This document shows positions 55,433-64,000 of a stretch of DNA of 64,000 bases, one piece after another. The stretch is from Pseudanabaena sp. ELA645 (lineage in GTDB: Bacteria; Cyanobacteriota; Cyanobacteriia; Pseudanabaenales; Pseudanabaenaceae), in assembly GCA_037129985.1 (NCBI GenBank), contig JBAXTW010000002.1:14904-78903 (forward strand), read 5' to 3'. The position numbers were made by a program, and so were the translations under genes. The notes beneath the pieces were generated by a model. It saw only the letters and a list, made by a program, of their open reading frames with translations, searched no databases and had not been told where the DNA came from. The stretch's first letter is position 1, and each line of letters opens with the position of its first letter.

Positions 55433-56365
55433 ATGTATGACAACACCTGCAAATTTTTAGCGGAAAACTTCTCCACCGACTTTGCCAGTTGGCTCTTGGG
55501 GAAAGCGATCCCATTAACTAAAATCGAACCATCAGAGCTATCTTTAGAGCCAATCCGTGCCGATTCTGTCATATTTTTAGAATCATCGAAAATAGTTCTG
55601 CACATAGAGTTTCAGACCGCAACCGATGAAACAATGGCATATCGGATGGCTAACTATTGGTTGAGACTTTACGCCAAATATCCCAACAAAGAAATTTATC
55701 AGGTTGTAATCTATCTAAAGCAGACAAACTCACCCCTTGCCCACCAAACCAGCTTTAGATCCAAACAACTAAACCATGAATTTAATGTTATTCGCCTGTG
55801 GGAACAACCAACCAAAATCTTTCAGCAATATCTAGGACTATTGCCACTTGCAGTGTTATCCAAAACGAATAATCCTGAGGCAACATTAAGGGATGTTGCA
55901 AAACAAATTGAAAATATTACCGATAAGCGACTACAAAGTAGTGTGGCAGCGTCCACCGCTATAATATCGGGTATAGCCTTAGACAAATCGATCATCCAAA
56001 GACTACTAAGGAGCGAAATAATGAAGGAATCAGTAATTTATCAAGATATTTTGCTTGAAGGTAAAGCTGAAGGTAGAGCTATAGGTATAGCTGAAGGCAA
56101 GGCTGTAGGTATAGCTGAAGGCAAGGCTGTAGGTGTAGCTGAAGGTAAGGCTGAAGGTAAGGCTGAAACTACTCGTCAATTAGTCCTAAACATGTTGAAT
56201 TCTGGGATTGCCTTAGATTTAGTCGCTCAGATTACAGGACTTACTCTCAAGCAAGTCCAAAAATTAGAAAAAACTGCTGGAAAGCAGCCCAAAAATGTCA
56301 GTTCATCGCCAAAACAGACGAAAGCTGTGAATTCATCAAAAAATAAGCGATCGCCAAAGCCCTAA
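55433..56365 (+). CDS. Rpn-family recombination-promoting nuclease / putative transposase (PD-(D/E)xK, YhgA-like)
   Basis: N-terminal YDNTCKFLAENF..F..WLLG...RADSV..L....VLHIEFQT is typical of the cyanobacterial Rpn/Transposase_31 family. The C-terminal region carries AEGKAVGI repeats. Confidence 0.75.
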   Translation: MYDNTCKFLAENFSTDFASWLLGKAIPLTKIEPSELSLEPIRADSVIFLESSKIVLHIEFQTATDETMAYRMANYWLRLYAKYPNKEIYQVVIYLKQTNSPLAHQTSFRSKQLNHEFNVIRLWEQPTKIFQQYLGLLPLAVLSKTNNPEATLRDVAKQIENITDKRLQSSVAASTAIISGIALDKSIIQRLLRSEIMKESVIYQDILLEGKAEGRAIGIAEGKAVGIAEGKAVGVAEGKAEGKAETTRQLVLNMLNSGIALDLVAQITGLTLKQVQKLEKTAGKQPKNVSSSPKQTKAVNSSKNKRSPKP

Positions 56366-56385
56366 TTTTTATGCACAGATACTAA

Positions 56386-56616
56386 TTAGAGATCTTGATT
56401 TTTAATTAGTATGACTTTTTGTTCAGCCTTTTCCAGATAGTCTCGGCAATATTGCGATCGCTGCATTCCTTCTTCATATAGCGCGATCATTTCGTCCAGA
56501 GCAGCTTCACCATCATCAAGAATTTCCACAATTTCTTCGAGGCGCTGCAATTGTTCTTCAAAGGATAAATTTTGGAGATTTTCTTGGAGATTTTTTAGAT
56601 CAGCTAGATCAGTCAT
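56386..56616 (-). CDS. xseB: Exodeoxyribonuclease VII small subunit
   Basis: 76 aa. SFEEQLQRLEEIVEILDDGEAALDEMIALYEEG is a typical XseB sequence. Its start overlaps the xseA stop by 8 nt. Confidence 0.85.
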   Translation of the reverse strand: MTDLADLKNLQENLQNLSFEEQLQRLEEIVEILDDGEAALDEMIALYEEGMQRSQYCRDYLEKAEQKVILIKNQDL

Positions 56617-57850
56617 ATTTTTTTTGGGTAACTTTCTCGGTAGTTTTGTCGATGATTTTCGTCGTGACTTGTTGAATAGTGGCTTGAGCTATCTCCGATC
56701 GCCTGACGATTTCCACTTTAGCAAATGAGGTGAGTGAATCATTGTTGTTAAGTAAGCGATCGCCTACTTGCAGTAACGCAAAACCACGCTGTAATGGCGA
56801 TAACGGATGTAGCGATCGCAAATGGGCGGTGATTCCTTCGAGTTTGGTGGTGGATTGGCGCAGATGACGCATTAGGGATTTTTGCATATCCCGTTCGGAT
56901 TCATCTAAACTTTGGGCGCGATCATGGAGGCGATCGCTAAAATTTTGGAGAGCATAACTATTAGTGAGGTTTTTTAAGCGCTGGCGGTAATTTTGTAACT
57001 CAGTTTGGACGCTGCGCGTTAGTTTATTTTCCCAAAAGTTAATTTGTTGCAACATGGAGTCGCGATCGTATTGAGAGACAAGTTCCGCCGCCGCCGTTGG
57101 TGTCGCTGCGCGTAAATCGGCAACAAAATCAGCGATCGTAAAGTCAGTTTCATGCCCCACTGCGGAAATAATGGGAATGCGCGAATTGTAAATCGCTTCG
57201 GCAACTTGCACCGTATTAAAAGCCCACAAGTCTTCAATAGAGCCACCACCACGCCCCACAATTAACACATCAGCATCGGTTGCTTGTAAAGAGGCGATCG
57301 CCTTCGCAATTTCATCGGGCGCAGTCTCGCCTTGGACAATAGCGGGGCATAGATAAATCTGACAATGGGGCGATCGCCTATTAAGAGTGCTGAGAATATC
57401 TTGAATTACGGCTCCCGTTGGGGAAGTGACCACCCCAATCTTAAGCGGTAAGGCAGGAATGGCAAGTTTATGTTCAGGATCGAAATATCCGCGATCGCTT
57501 AACTCTTCCTTGAGTGCAGCAAAGGCAAGATATAAATCTCCCTGTCCTGCGGCGGTCATGCGATCGCAATCGATTTGATATTTGCCCCGCGTGGCATAAA
57601 CCGTTAGCCGACCTTGGACAACCACTTGCATTCCACTTTTGGGACGAAATGATAGGGTTTTGCTTGCCCACATTACACAATCAATCTGGGCGGATTCATC
57701 CTTGAGGGTAAAATAGCGATGTCCCGATGCGGCGGTTGTAAAGCCCGATATTTCGCCCGTGACCCTCACTAGCCCAATTTCTTCACGCAACAAAAGGGCG
57801 ATTGCTTGTGTCAAATTAGTCACGCTCATCGAATCTTTAGAACTGCCCAT
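56609..57850 (-). CDS. xseA: Exodeoxyribonuclease VII large subunit
   Basis: N-terminal OB fold (VRVTGEISGF....SGHRYFTLKD), a catalytic core with GRGGGSIEDLWAFN and ISAVGHETDFTIADFVAD, and a coiled-coil tail. Confidence 0.9.
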   Translation of the reverse strand: MGSSKDSMSVTNLTQAIALLLREEIGLVRVTGEISGFTTAASGHRYFTLKDESAQIDCVMWASKTLSFRPKSGMQVVVQGRLTVYATRGKYQIDCDRMTAAGQGDLYLAFAALKEELSDRGYFDPEHKLAIPALPLKIGVVTSPTGAVIQDILSTLNRRSPHCQIYLCPAIVQGETAPDEIAKAIASLQATDADVLIVGRGGGSIEDLWAFNTVQVAEAIYNSRIPIISAVGHETDFTIADFVADLRAATPTAAAELVSQYDRDSMLQQINFWENKLTRSVQTELQNYRQRLKNLTNSYALQNFSDRLHDRAQSLDESERDMQKSLMRHLRQSTTKLEGITAHLRSLHPLSPLQRGFALLQVGDRLLNNNDSLTSFAKVEIVRRSEIAQATIQQVTTKIIDKTTEKVTQKKYD

Positions 57851-57872
57851 AACACCTTTGATAAATCCCTAT

Positions 57873-58337
57873 ATGCATACTTTTTTGGATTCCCTGACTC
57901 ATTCTATGTTGCTTGTAGTCTTGCCCATCTCACTTTTACCAGTCCCAGTTTTACCAGCCTTACTTTTACCAGCATCAGTACAGGCGCAAACTATCCCAGA
58001 AATTATCCCCGACAGTCAGGGTAATTACTACAGCAATGAATCTAACGTCCAAGCGGAAGTTACCAATTCTAAAATAGCGGCGGGTTCGCTCTGGCGGGTG
58101 GCGGTGGATGCACTTAATTGTCGGAGATCGGCAAGTATCACTAGCAATATAGTTCGCACTTATTTAAGTGGTGAATTATTGGAAGTAGAGGTTTATCGCG
58201 GTGGTTCTGACGAAGTGTTGGTTAATCCATTAGATAAGAATGGGAAACCTTGGATGCCAGTAAGGGGCAGAGATATTGAAGATGTTTGCTATGTGCGGGC
58301 GAACAGTCGATTCATTCAGCCATTCACAGTAAGGTAA
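57873..58337 (+). CDS. Secreted hypothetical protein, possible SH3b-like domain
   Basis: The internal ATG at 57873 gives a signal-peptide-like N-terminus ending ASVQAQT. The ORF-track start at 57759 would overlap xseA by 92 nt. Confidence 0.45.
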   Translation: MHTFLDSLTHSMLLVVLPISLLPVPVLPALLLPASVQAQTIPEIIPDSQGNYYSNESNVQAEVTNSKIAAGSLWRVAVDALNCRRSASITSNIVRTYLSGELLEVEVYRGGSDEVLVNPLDKNGKPWMPVRGRDIEDVCYVRANSRFIQPFTVR

Positions 58338-58545
58338 TTAGGTGTTTTAGTGATATTTAGGTGAAATGCGTCAAGCCCTAACTTAATCTTTTGTTTTTTA
58401 GTAGAGTTGGGCTTGATATACACTATTAATTGTGATTAACCAATCTAAATTTTGGTTTAATTTATACAAAACAAAGATCCACAAGATCGCTAGGATTAAT
58501 TAATGGACATTTAGGCATTGGATGCACCTTTAGAAAAGCTTGACT

Positions 58546-61134
58546 ATGAAAATTCTCAAAATCCAGACATTACGCGGTCCAAACTATTGGAGTATTCAAC
58601 GACATCAGCTTGTAGTTGTGCGATTAGATTTGGAGGATTTTCAACTACAACGGACTAGCTTTTATCAAAATCTCTGCAAGGTCTTGCCAAGTTTGGCGGG
58701 GAAAGACATCGCACAGCGTTCTGATATTAGCAATGCAAATTTTCTAGCAGAAATTGTTAAAGATATTGCGATCGCCTTGCAAGGATATATCGGCATGAAA
58801 GTAGACTTTGGGACAGTCAAACCCACAGTCGAAAATAATATTTATCAAGTTGTATTTGAATATCAAACCGAACAGGCGGGACGATATGCGGCGCGGGCGG
58901 CGGTCAGAATTTGTACCAGTATTTTAGAAACTGGAACCTATGCCACCAATGAATTACAAGAGGATCTCAAGGATTTAAGAGATATTCGCCTTGATGGTCA
59001 GTTGGGACCAAGCACCGAGTCGATCGTTGCCGAGGCTAAGGCAAGAAAAATTCCTTGGCTAGAGCTTGGTAGTCGCGCCATGATCCAATTGGGATATGGT
59101 GTGCATCAAAACCGTATTCAAGCAACTTTATCGAATAAAACGGGGATTTTAGCAGTAGAACTAGCCTGTGATAAGGACGGAACTAAGCAAATCTTACGCG
59201 ATTCAGGCGTACCAGTACCGAGGGGAACAACGATCAGATCGCCTAAATATCTCGAAGATGCGATCGCTGAAGTTGGTGGTTTCCCGATCGTAATTAAGCC
59301 TTTAAATGGTAATCATGGACGCGGGATCACTATTGATGTAAGGACGGTCAAAGAAGCACTTGTTGCCTTTGATATGGCGCAGGAAGTTTCTGAAGAAGTG
59401 ATTATTGAGCGATTTCATTTAGGTCGCGATCATCGCATCTTGGTAGTTAACGGTAAATTTGTGGCTGTTGCTGAGCGTGTGCCTGCCAATGTCACAGGTG
59501 ATGGCGTTTCCTCAATTTCTCAACTGATTGAAATTACGAATAAAGACCCGCGTCGTGGTGATGGTCATGACAATGTGTTGACTCGTATTGAAATTGATCG
59601 CACCAGCATGGATATCCTTGCTAGACAAGGGTTTACTCTAGAATCTGTACCTCCCAAAGGGCTAGTATGCTATCTCAAGGCAACAGCCAACTTGAGTACG
59701 GGTGGTGTGTCCGTTGATCGCACTGATGAGATTCACCCTGAAAATATCTGGTTAGCAGAACGAGTCGCCAGAATCATTGGGCTGGATATCGCAGGGATCG
59801 ATATGGTCACGGAGGATATTTCTAAACCTGTGCGTCAAGTTGATGGCGCGATCGTTGAGGTAAATGCTGCCCCTGGATTCAGAATGCATACCGCACCCAG
59901 CATTGGCAAACCCCGCAACGTAGCTGCTCCCGTGATCGAGATGCTATTCCCCCCAGACGCTCCGACCAGAATACCAATTGTGGCTATAACTGGCACAAAC
60001 GGTAAAACTACGACTACCCGCTTGATAGCCCATATTTTCAAACAAACAGGTAAGAGAGTTGGTTTCACCACCACCGATGGCATTTATATTGGTGAATGCT
60101 TAGTGGAGAAGGGTGACACGACAGGTCCCCATAGCGCTCAGGTGATTTTACGCGATCCCACCGTTGAGGTCGCAGTTCTAGAAACTGCGAGAGGCGGACT
60201 ATTGCGATCGGGTATGGGCTTTGATGGCAGTGATGTCGGCGTGGTGATGAACGTGCAAGCCGATCACCTTGGCATCGGTGACATTGATACGATTGAGGAT
60301 CTAGCCAGATTAAAGAGTGTCGTGGTTCGCACGACCTTGCCAACTGGCTATGCAGTCCTTAATGCCGAAGATCCCCTAGTTGTGGCGATGGCAAAAGAGG
60401 TGCAATCTAAAGTTGCCTACTTCAGCATGAATCCCGATAGTCCCTTGATCAAATCCCATATTGCTGAAGGTGGACTTGCCGCCGTCTATGAAGAAGGTTA
60501 TCTAACCATCTTGAAAGGCGATTGGAAAATGCGAATTGAAGAGGCGGTGAATGTACCTGTGACCCTTGGTGGTCGCGCTGCCTTCAATATTCAAAATTCC
60601 TTAGCTGCAAGTCTCGCCGCGTTCTCCCAAGATGTAATGATCGAGCAGATTCGTCAAGGTTTAGCTACATTTGTTGCTTCTAGCGAACAGACCCCAGGGC
60701 GGATGAATTTGTTTGAATTGGGCAAGTTTCACGCCTTAGTTGATTATGCTCACAATCCTGCGGGATTTAAGGCGATCGCTGATTTTATCCAGAAGTGGGA
60801 AGGTGACGCGATCGGCGTGATTGGCGCACCTGGCGATCGCCGCGATGAGGACATTATCGAATTAGGGCAACTCGCCGCGAATATGTTTGGGCAGATTTTT
60901 ATTAAAGAAGATAAAGACTTGCGCGGTCGCGCCCCTCGTGTCGTTGCTGACTTGTTGCGTCAAGGCGTGCAGGAAATTAATCCCAATATCCCCTGTATTA
61001 CAATTCTTGACGAAGCCGAAGCGATCGCTGCGGCGCTGGATAGCGCCCCTCAGAGCAGTTTAGTTGTGGTCTTCCCCGATAAAGTGGATGCAGCTATTGC
61101 TATCATTGAGGCGCGAAAGTCTAAATTGTCATAG
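58546..61134 (+). CDS. cphA: Cyanophycin synthetase
   Basis: MKILKIQTLRGPNYWS N-terminus, ATP-grasp middle section (PIVIKPLNGNHGRGI), and Mur-ligase-like C-terminal half (ITGTNGKTTT). Confidence 0.92.
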   Translation: MKILKIQTLRGPNYWSIQRHQLVVVRLDLEDFQLQRTSFYQNLCKVLPSLAGKDIAQRSDISNANFLAEIVKDIAIALQGYIGMKVDFGTVKPTVENNIYQVVFEYQTEQAGRYAARAAVRICTSILETGTYATNELQEDLKDLRDIRLDGQLGPSTESIVAEAKARKIPWLELGSRAMIQLGYGVHQNRIQATLSNKTGILAVELACDKDGTKQILRDSGVPVPRGTTIRSPKYLEDAIAEVGGFPIVIKPLNGNHGRGITIDVRTVKEALVAFDMAQEVSEEVIIERFHLGRDHRILVVNGKFVAVAERVPANVTGDGVSSISQLIEITNKDPRRGDGHDNVLTRIEIDRTSMDILARQGFTLESVPPKGLVCYLKATANLSTGGVSVDRTDEIHPENIWLAERVARIIGLDIAGIDMVTEDISKPVRQVDGAIVEVNAAPGFRMHTAPSIGKPRNVAAPVIEMLFPPDAPTRIPIVAITGTNGKTTTTRLIAHIFKQTGKRVGFTTTDGIYIGECLVEKGDTTGPHSAQVILRDPTVEVAVLETARGGLLRSGMGFDGSDVGVVMNVQADHLGIGDIDTIEDLARLKSVVVRTTLPTGYAVLNAEDPLVVAMAKEVQSKVAYFSMNPDSPLIKSHIAEGGLAAVYEEGYLTILKGDWKMRIEEAVNVPVTLGGRAAFNIQNSLAASLAAFSQDVMIEQIRQGLATFVASSEQTPGRMNLFELGKFHALVDYAHNPAGFKAIADFIQKWEGDAIGVIGAPGDRRDEDIIELGQLAANMFGQIFIKEDKDLRGRAPRVVADLLRQGVQEINPNIPCITILDEAEAIAAALDSAPQSSLVVVFPDKVDAAIAIIEARKSKLS

Positions 61135-61140
61135 TCGCTC

Positions 61141-62118
61141 ATGCCTCGTGTAATTTGCCTCGGCGAAGTCTTAATCGATCAAATAGCTGAAGATATAGGT
61201 GTTCCCTACGATCAGGTTAGCGCTTGGAAACCATACTTTGGCGGAGCGCCTGCCAATGTCGCCTGTGGTTTAACTAAGTTGGGAACCCCCGTAAGCTTAA
61301 TTAGTGCTGTGGGGCAAGATGAAGCTTCTGCTTATCTCCTCCAGCAGTTGGGAAAATCTGGCGTAGAAACATCAGGGGTGCAAATACATCCTGAAGCCAC
61401 AACTCGCCAAGTATATGTGACCCGTAATGCTCAGGGTGATCGCACGTTTGATCGCTTTAACGGCGATGCACAGACCATATTTGCGGACACATTGCTATCC
61501 GCAGAAAACCTGCCAGCACATTTATTTGCCGACGCTAAATTTTTAGTATTAGGTACGTTGGGTTTAGCAAATCCACAAACCTCAAGGGCGATCGGACGAG
61601 CGTTAAAGCTTGCCGAACAGAATTTTGTGACGGTGATTGTCGATATCAACTGGCGACAAATGTTTTGGCATAATCCCGAACAGGTAATCAAGCTGTTACC
61701 AGTTTTGCTGAGATATACCGATTTCCTCAAAATGACTGAAGATGAGGCAAAATTACTATTTCGGTTAACTAGTCCCGCCGCGATCGCTCAAGCCTATAGC
61801 CATCTCGAAGGAATTATTATTACCAATGGCGATAAAGATTGTCGCTATTATCTAGGCGAAAATCAAGGTAAACACGCCGCTTTTCCTGTTTATTCAACCG
61901 ATACAACGGGCGCGGGAGATGCGTTTCTAGCCGCATTTATCCATAAGATTTATCACCGTCCCCTCACTCATTTACAAGATCCAAAATTTGCTAAGGAGGC
62001 GATCGCCTATGCTTGTGCGGCGGGAGCATTGTCCACCTTAGATGTCGGGGCAATTTCTGGACAACCAAGCGATCGGCAAATTCGCGAATTTTTAGCTATG
62101 CGCGAGACAAAACATTAG
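61141..62118 (+). CDS. PfkB-family carbohydrate kinase (fructokinase-like)
   Basis: GGAPANVA near the N-terminus and DTTGAGDAF near the C-terminus. It starts 6 nt after the cphA stop. Confidence 0.85.
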   Translation: MPRVICLGEVLIDQIAEDIGVPYDQVSAWKPYFGGAPANVACGLTKLGTPVSLISAVGQDEASAYLLQQLGKSGVETSGVQIHPEATTRQVYVTRNAQGDRTFDRFNGDAQTIFADTLLSAENLPAHLFADAKFLVLGTLGLANPQTSRAIGRALKLAEQNFVTVIVDINWRQMFWHNPEQVIKLLPVLLRYTDFLKMTEDEAKLLFRLTSPAAIAQAYSHLEGIIITNGDKDCRYYLGENQGKHAAFPVYSTDTTGAGDAFLAAFIHKIYHRPLTHLQDPKFAKEAIAYACAAGALSTLDVGAISGQPSDRQIREFLAMRETKH

Positions 62119-62151
62119 TTAAGATGCTTGACAAGCATCTACAGAAAAATT

Positions 62152-62460
62152 ATGCATTCGTTATCTCTACCCACATGGATCATCCATATTTCTAGCGTCA
62201 TCGAGTGGGGCTTAGCAATTTGGTTGATCTGGACTTATGACAAACAACATCCTCATCGCGGCTGGCGCGGCTTAGCATTAGCGATGTTTCCTGCGTTAGT
62301 TAGTGCAATGTGTGCGGTGACTTGGCATTTTTTTGATAATGCTGATTCCTTAGAATGGCTAGTGACCGTGCAAGCTGCCTTGACTTTGATCGGCAATTTT
62401 ACTTTAGCGATCGCCGCTTATTTGATTTGGAGAATCTCAGTCAACAACAGTGCAGTCTAA
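62152..62460 (+). CDS. Small membrane protein, DUF2499/Ycf49-like
   Basis: MHSLSLPTWIIHISSVIEWGLAIWLIW N-terminus with three TM segments. Family assignment is from memory. Confidence 0.5.
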   Translation: MHSLSLPTWIIHISSVIEWGLAIWLIWTYDKQHPHRGWRGLALAMFPALVSAMCAVTWHFFDNADSLEWLVTVQAALTLIGNFTLAIAAYLIWRISVNNSAV

Positions 62461-62463
62461 AAG

Positions 62464-62751
62464 TCAAAGAGTACCTGACTCAATCTGCTCCAAGTAGATA
62501 AAATCAGGAGACTTCACTCTCGCTTCAGCCCTAATTCTCACAAGCTGGGGAGACTCAAAAAATCTTTTAGCAGCGTCAATAGAAGTCCATACTGAAAAAT
62601 GCACAATCTTGTTTGCGTCATTCTCATATTTGAGAACCTGATAGGAGATTTCGCCAGCCTGTTTACGAATATCAGCAGCATGATCAAAAATTTGTTTCCA
62701 AGCTAGATAATCGACAACTTCGTGAATAATCAGAACATACTGCACAAGCAA
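62464..62751 (-). CDS. Small ABM/Dabb-fold-like protein
   Basis: 95 aa with an alternating beta-alpha pattern (IIHEV..Y..W..F...A...K..G.....L). TTG start. Weak call. Confidence 0.4.
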   Translation of the reverse strand: MLVQYVLIIHEVVDYLAWKQIFDHAADIRKQAGEISYQVLKYENDANKIVHFSVWTSIDAAKRFFESPQLVRIRAEARVKSPDFIYLEQIESGTL

Positions 62752-62783
62752 CTCATTTTATACATTTACTAATTTGTTCAATT

Positions 62784-63062
62784 ATGCCAAAAGAAGCCCT
62801 GTTTGGATTATCACTATTTCCCTACCTTGCCTTTCTCTGGTTTGCCACTAAATCAGGGCAATTTCCCAAACTAGGGTTATGGGGATTTTATGGGACTTTA
62901 GTATTTGTCGCGATTACGATTCCCGCAGGGCTTTATGCCCAAAGCGAATATGGCGAAGCTTTAGCAAATGTTGACTGGTTACATGGCAGCGCCGAATCGT
63001 TTTTGACAATTACCAATATTTTGCTAGTACTAGGATTTAAAAGTGCGATAAAGACAAAATAA
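62784..63062 (+). CDS. Small membrane protein, DUF3593-like
   Basis: LFGLSLFPYLAFLWF with three TM segments. This family often neighbours DUF2499 in cyanobacteria (from memory). Confidence 0.5.
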   Translation: MPKEALFGLSLFPYLAFLWFATKSGQFPKLGLWGFYGTLVFVAITIPAGLYAQSEYGEALANVDWLHGSAESFLTITNILLVLGFKSAIKTK

Positions 63063-63182
63063 AGGTAAACAATTTTGGCATTAAAAAACGAAAATCAAAT
63101 CACATTATTTTTATTTAATTTCTGAGCTTTAGCGCAATAATATAACAAACAAATCGCTAGTCTTTGCTTACATAACACCTGC

Positions 63183-63728
63183 ATGAAATTTGAGTGTACT
63201 GAAATCAATGATGTTTTACTCATTACGCCTAAAGTCTTTTCGGATGAGAGAGGCTTTTTTTATGAGTCCTATAATCATCGTGTGTTTTTAGAAAAAACTG
63301 GGCTAAATGTTTCGTTTGTCCAAGATAATCATTCGCGATCGCAAAAAAATGTTTTGCGGGGTTTGCATTATCAAATCGGTAAGCCACAAGGCAAGTTAGT
63401 TAGAGCTTTAGTAGGAACAATCCAAGATGTTGCCGTGGATTTACGTCAAAGTTCGCCAACATTTGGTAAATCGGTAAGCTATATTCTAAGTGCTGAAAAC
63501 TTTTGCCAACTATGGATTCCTGAAGGATTTGCCCATGGATTTGTAGTTTTGTCTGATGTTGCCGAAGTTGCCTATAAAGCGACAGATTATTACGCCCCAA
63601 GTGAAGAGCGTTGCTTATTGTGGGAAGATCCTGGAGTGGCGATCGCATGGCAACTTGACCAACCCCCAGTTTTGTCCGCCAAAGATGCCGTTGGTAAATT
63701 ACTAAAAGAAGCGGAGTTATTTGCATGA
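63183..63728 (+). CDS. rfbC: dTDP-4-dehydrorhamnose 3,5-epimerase
   Basis: DERGFFYESYN, VQDNHSRS, LRGLHYQ, GFAHGF, YY. Confidence 0.9.
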   Translation: MKFECTEINDVLLITPKVFSDERGFFYESYNHRVFLEKTGLNVSFVQDNHSRSQKNVLRGLHYQIGKPQGKLVRALVGTIQDVAVDLRQSSPTFGKSVSYILSAENFCQLWIPEGFAHGFVVLSDVAEVAYKATDYYAPSEERCLLWEDPGVAIAWQLDQPPVLSAKDAVGKLLKEAELFA

Positions 63729-64000
63729 GTCCAATAGAAAAATTTCAGAAGGTACTTGTTACAGGTGGAGCTGGTTTTATTGGCTCTAATTATGTACATT
63801 ACGCCCTCGCTCACCATCCAAATTGGGAGATTGTGGTCTTAGATAAGCTTACCTATGCGGGTAATTTAGATAATCTCAAAGATGTTAGCGATCGCATTAC
63901 CTTTATTCAAGGAGATATTGCTAATCCTGAAGATGTCGAAAAAGCGGTGAATGGTGTGGATGCAATCCTCAACTTTGCCGCCGAAAGTCATGTAGATCGC
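63725..64000 (+). CDS. rfbB: dTDP-glucose 4,6-dehydratase (3' partial, runs off the window)
   Basis: The ATG overlaps the rfbC stop (ATGA). KVLVTGGAGFIGSNYV, DKLTYAGN and NFAAESHVDR are present. It is absent from the ORF track because there is no stop in the window. Confidence 0.88.
   Translation, partial: MSPIEKFQKVLVTGGAGFIGSNYVHYALAHHPNWEIVVLDKLTYAGNLDNLKDVSDRITFIQGDIANPEDVEKAVNGVDAILNFAAESHVDR

Noticed and set aside
58338-58545. NtcA-type GTA-N8-TAC site upstream of cphA, and similar checks upstream of petC and glgB
   Set aside because: No exact GTA-N8-TAC with an appropriately spaced -10 element was found by eye, and partial matches are expected by chance in AT-rich DNA.
1-64000. Search for tRNA, rRNA, CRISPR arrays, IS elements with transposases, and prophage genes
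   Set aside because: I saw no cloverleaf-compatible segment with a GTTCGAATC-type T-arm, no regularly spaced direct repeats and no transposase or integrase ORF. The only transposase-related gene is the Rpn-family nuclease at 55433-56365, which has no terminal inverted repeats that I could find.

Overview
This is a 64-kb cyanobacterial chromosomal segment. The evidence is the very frequent HIP1 octamer GCGATCGC and the genes psbZ, petC-petA, ndhN and cphA. The genus cannot be determined from sequence alone. Most of the window is densely packed core genes: dus, ribH, psbZ, rne, petCA, glgB, obg, nusB, thrC, ndhN, ilvE, secA, xseAB, cphA and rfbCB, plus several signalling genes. The signalling genes comprise two class III nucleotide cyclases, three histidine-kinase or response-regulator genes, one single-domain receiver and one Hanks-type kinase. 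I found no tRNA, rRNA, CRISPR array or intact IS element.

Four parts look accessory or unusual:
1. 45.8-48.7 kb: a tightly linked three-gene cassette wedged between ndhN and ilvE. It encodes an ABC/AAA_15-like ATPase, a PtuB/TIGR02646-like HNH protein that has lost its zinc cysteines, and a Pol-beta-superfamily nucleotidyltransferase. This is the best candidate for an undescribed Septu-like defence variant.
2. 34.0-39.7 kb: a same-strand string of WcaF-like acetyltransferase, SAM methyltransferase, lysine 2,3-aminomutase, Ddl-like ATP-grasp ligase and ABC exporter. It may make and export a beta-lysine-derived small molecule.
3. 49.7-52.2 kb: a CheY receiver, VWA protein and zinc-ribbon/FHA operon.
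4. 5.0-6.8 kb: a HIP1-free, AT-rich islet carrying a single CoiA-like, zinc-ribbon-rich nuclease gene.

The intergenic space holds several families of small hairpin (MITE-like) repeats. Some copies bracket genes or create spurious ORFs. All coordinates and motif calls come from reading the sequence and the ORF track by eye. No database search was run.
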